DNA of 64,000 bases from Camelus dromedarius (Eukaryota), in the NCBI RefSeq assembly GCF_036321535.1, contig NC_087436.1:32428001-32492000 (forward strand). The letters run 5' to 3'. Below, piece by piece: positions 63,746-64,000 of the stretch. The notes below the pieces were generated by a model that was not told where the DNA came from, searched no databases, and saw only the letters and a program-made list of their open reading frames with translations. A program made the position numbers and the translations under genes. The stretch's first letter is position 1; each line of letters starts with the position of its first letter.

Positions 63746-64000
63746 GATCATTATCTGGTACACAGCCAAAGAATGAATTACTGAATGAATGGGAAGATGG
63801 CTCCTAAGGGTACACTAATTTGGAAACAAGGAAGAACACAACTTGGCTAGTTTTATAGGACATTTTTGTAGATAGTATTAGGGCCAGATTACACAAAAAT
63901 GACGTATTATAAATTTGAAATATATTTAAGTAGGTTATGAGAGTCCATTAAAGGTTTTTGAACAATGGAAAGAACACTTCATGCTTATACATAATACAGA

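Overview
Mammalian (eutherian) genomic DNA, most likely a camelid, judged from two tRNA-Ala-derived Vic-1-type SINEs. Two genes lie on the minus strand in the order I recall from human 4q28. (1) HSPA4L (Apg-1/OSP94, HSP110 family): coding exons 2-19 at 62209..28790, all with GT-AG junctions and an unbroken frame. Exon 1 lies beyond the right edge, and a long, repeat-poor putative 3'UTR runs down to about 22.7 kb. (2) PLK4: CpG-island promoter, 5'UTR and first coding exon (MATCIGEKIE) at the left edge, with CRE, NRF1, ETS and CDE/CHR-type motifs and two upstream ATGs. The roughly 21 kb between the genes is almost all decayed LINE-1, LTR and DNA-transposon sequence, including one near-full-length L1. 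HSPA4L introns carry L1, L2, MIR, MLT, MER58 and Tc2/pogo fossils plus several tiny TSD-flanked L1 insertions. Almost all entries of the ORF track are repeat debris or chance ORFs. I found no convincing previously undescribed biological system. The best leads are regulatory or evolutionary: PLK4 uORFs, a possible spliced antisense transcript, a duplicated splice donor, a pogo-type transposase fossil and an unusual 3'-truncated L1. Repeat subfamily names come from recalled consensus sequences and need Dfam/RepeatMasker confirmation; repeat boundaries are approximate unless a TSD is given.
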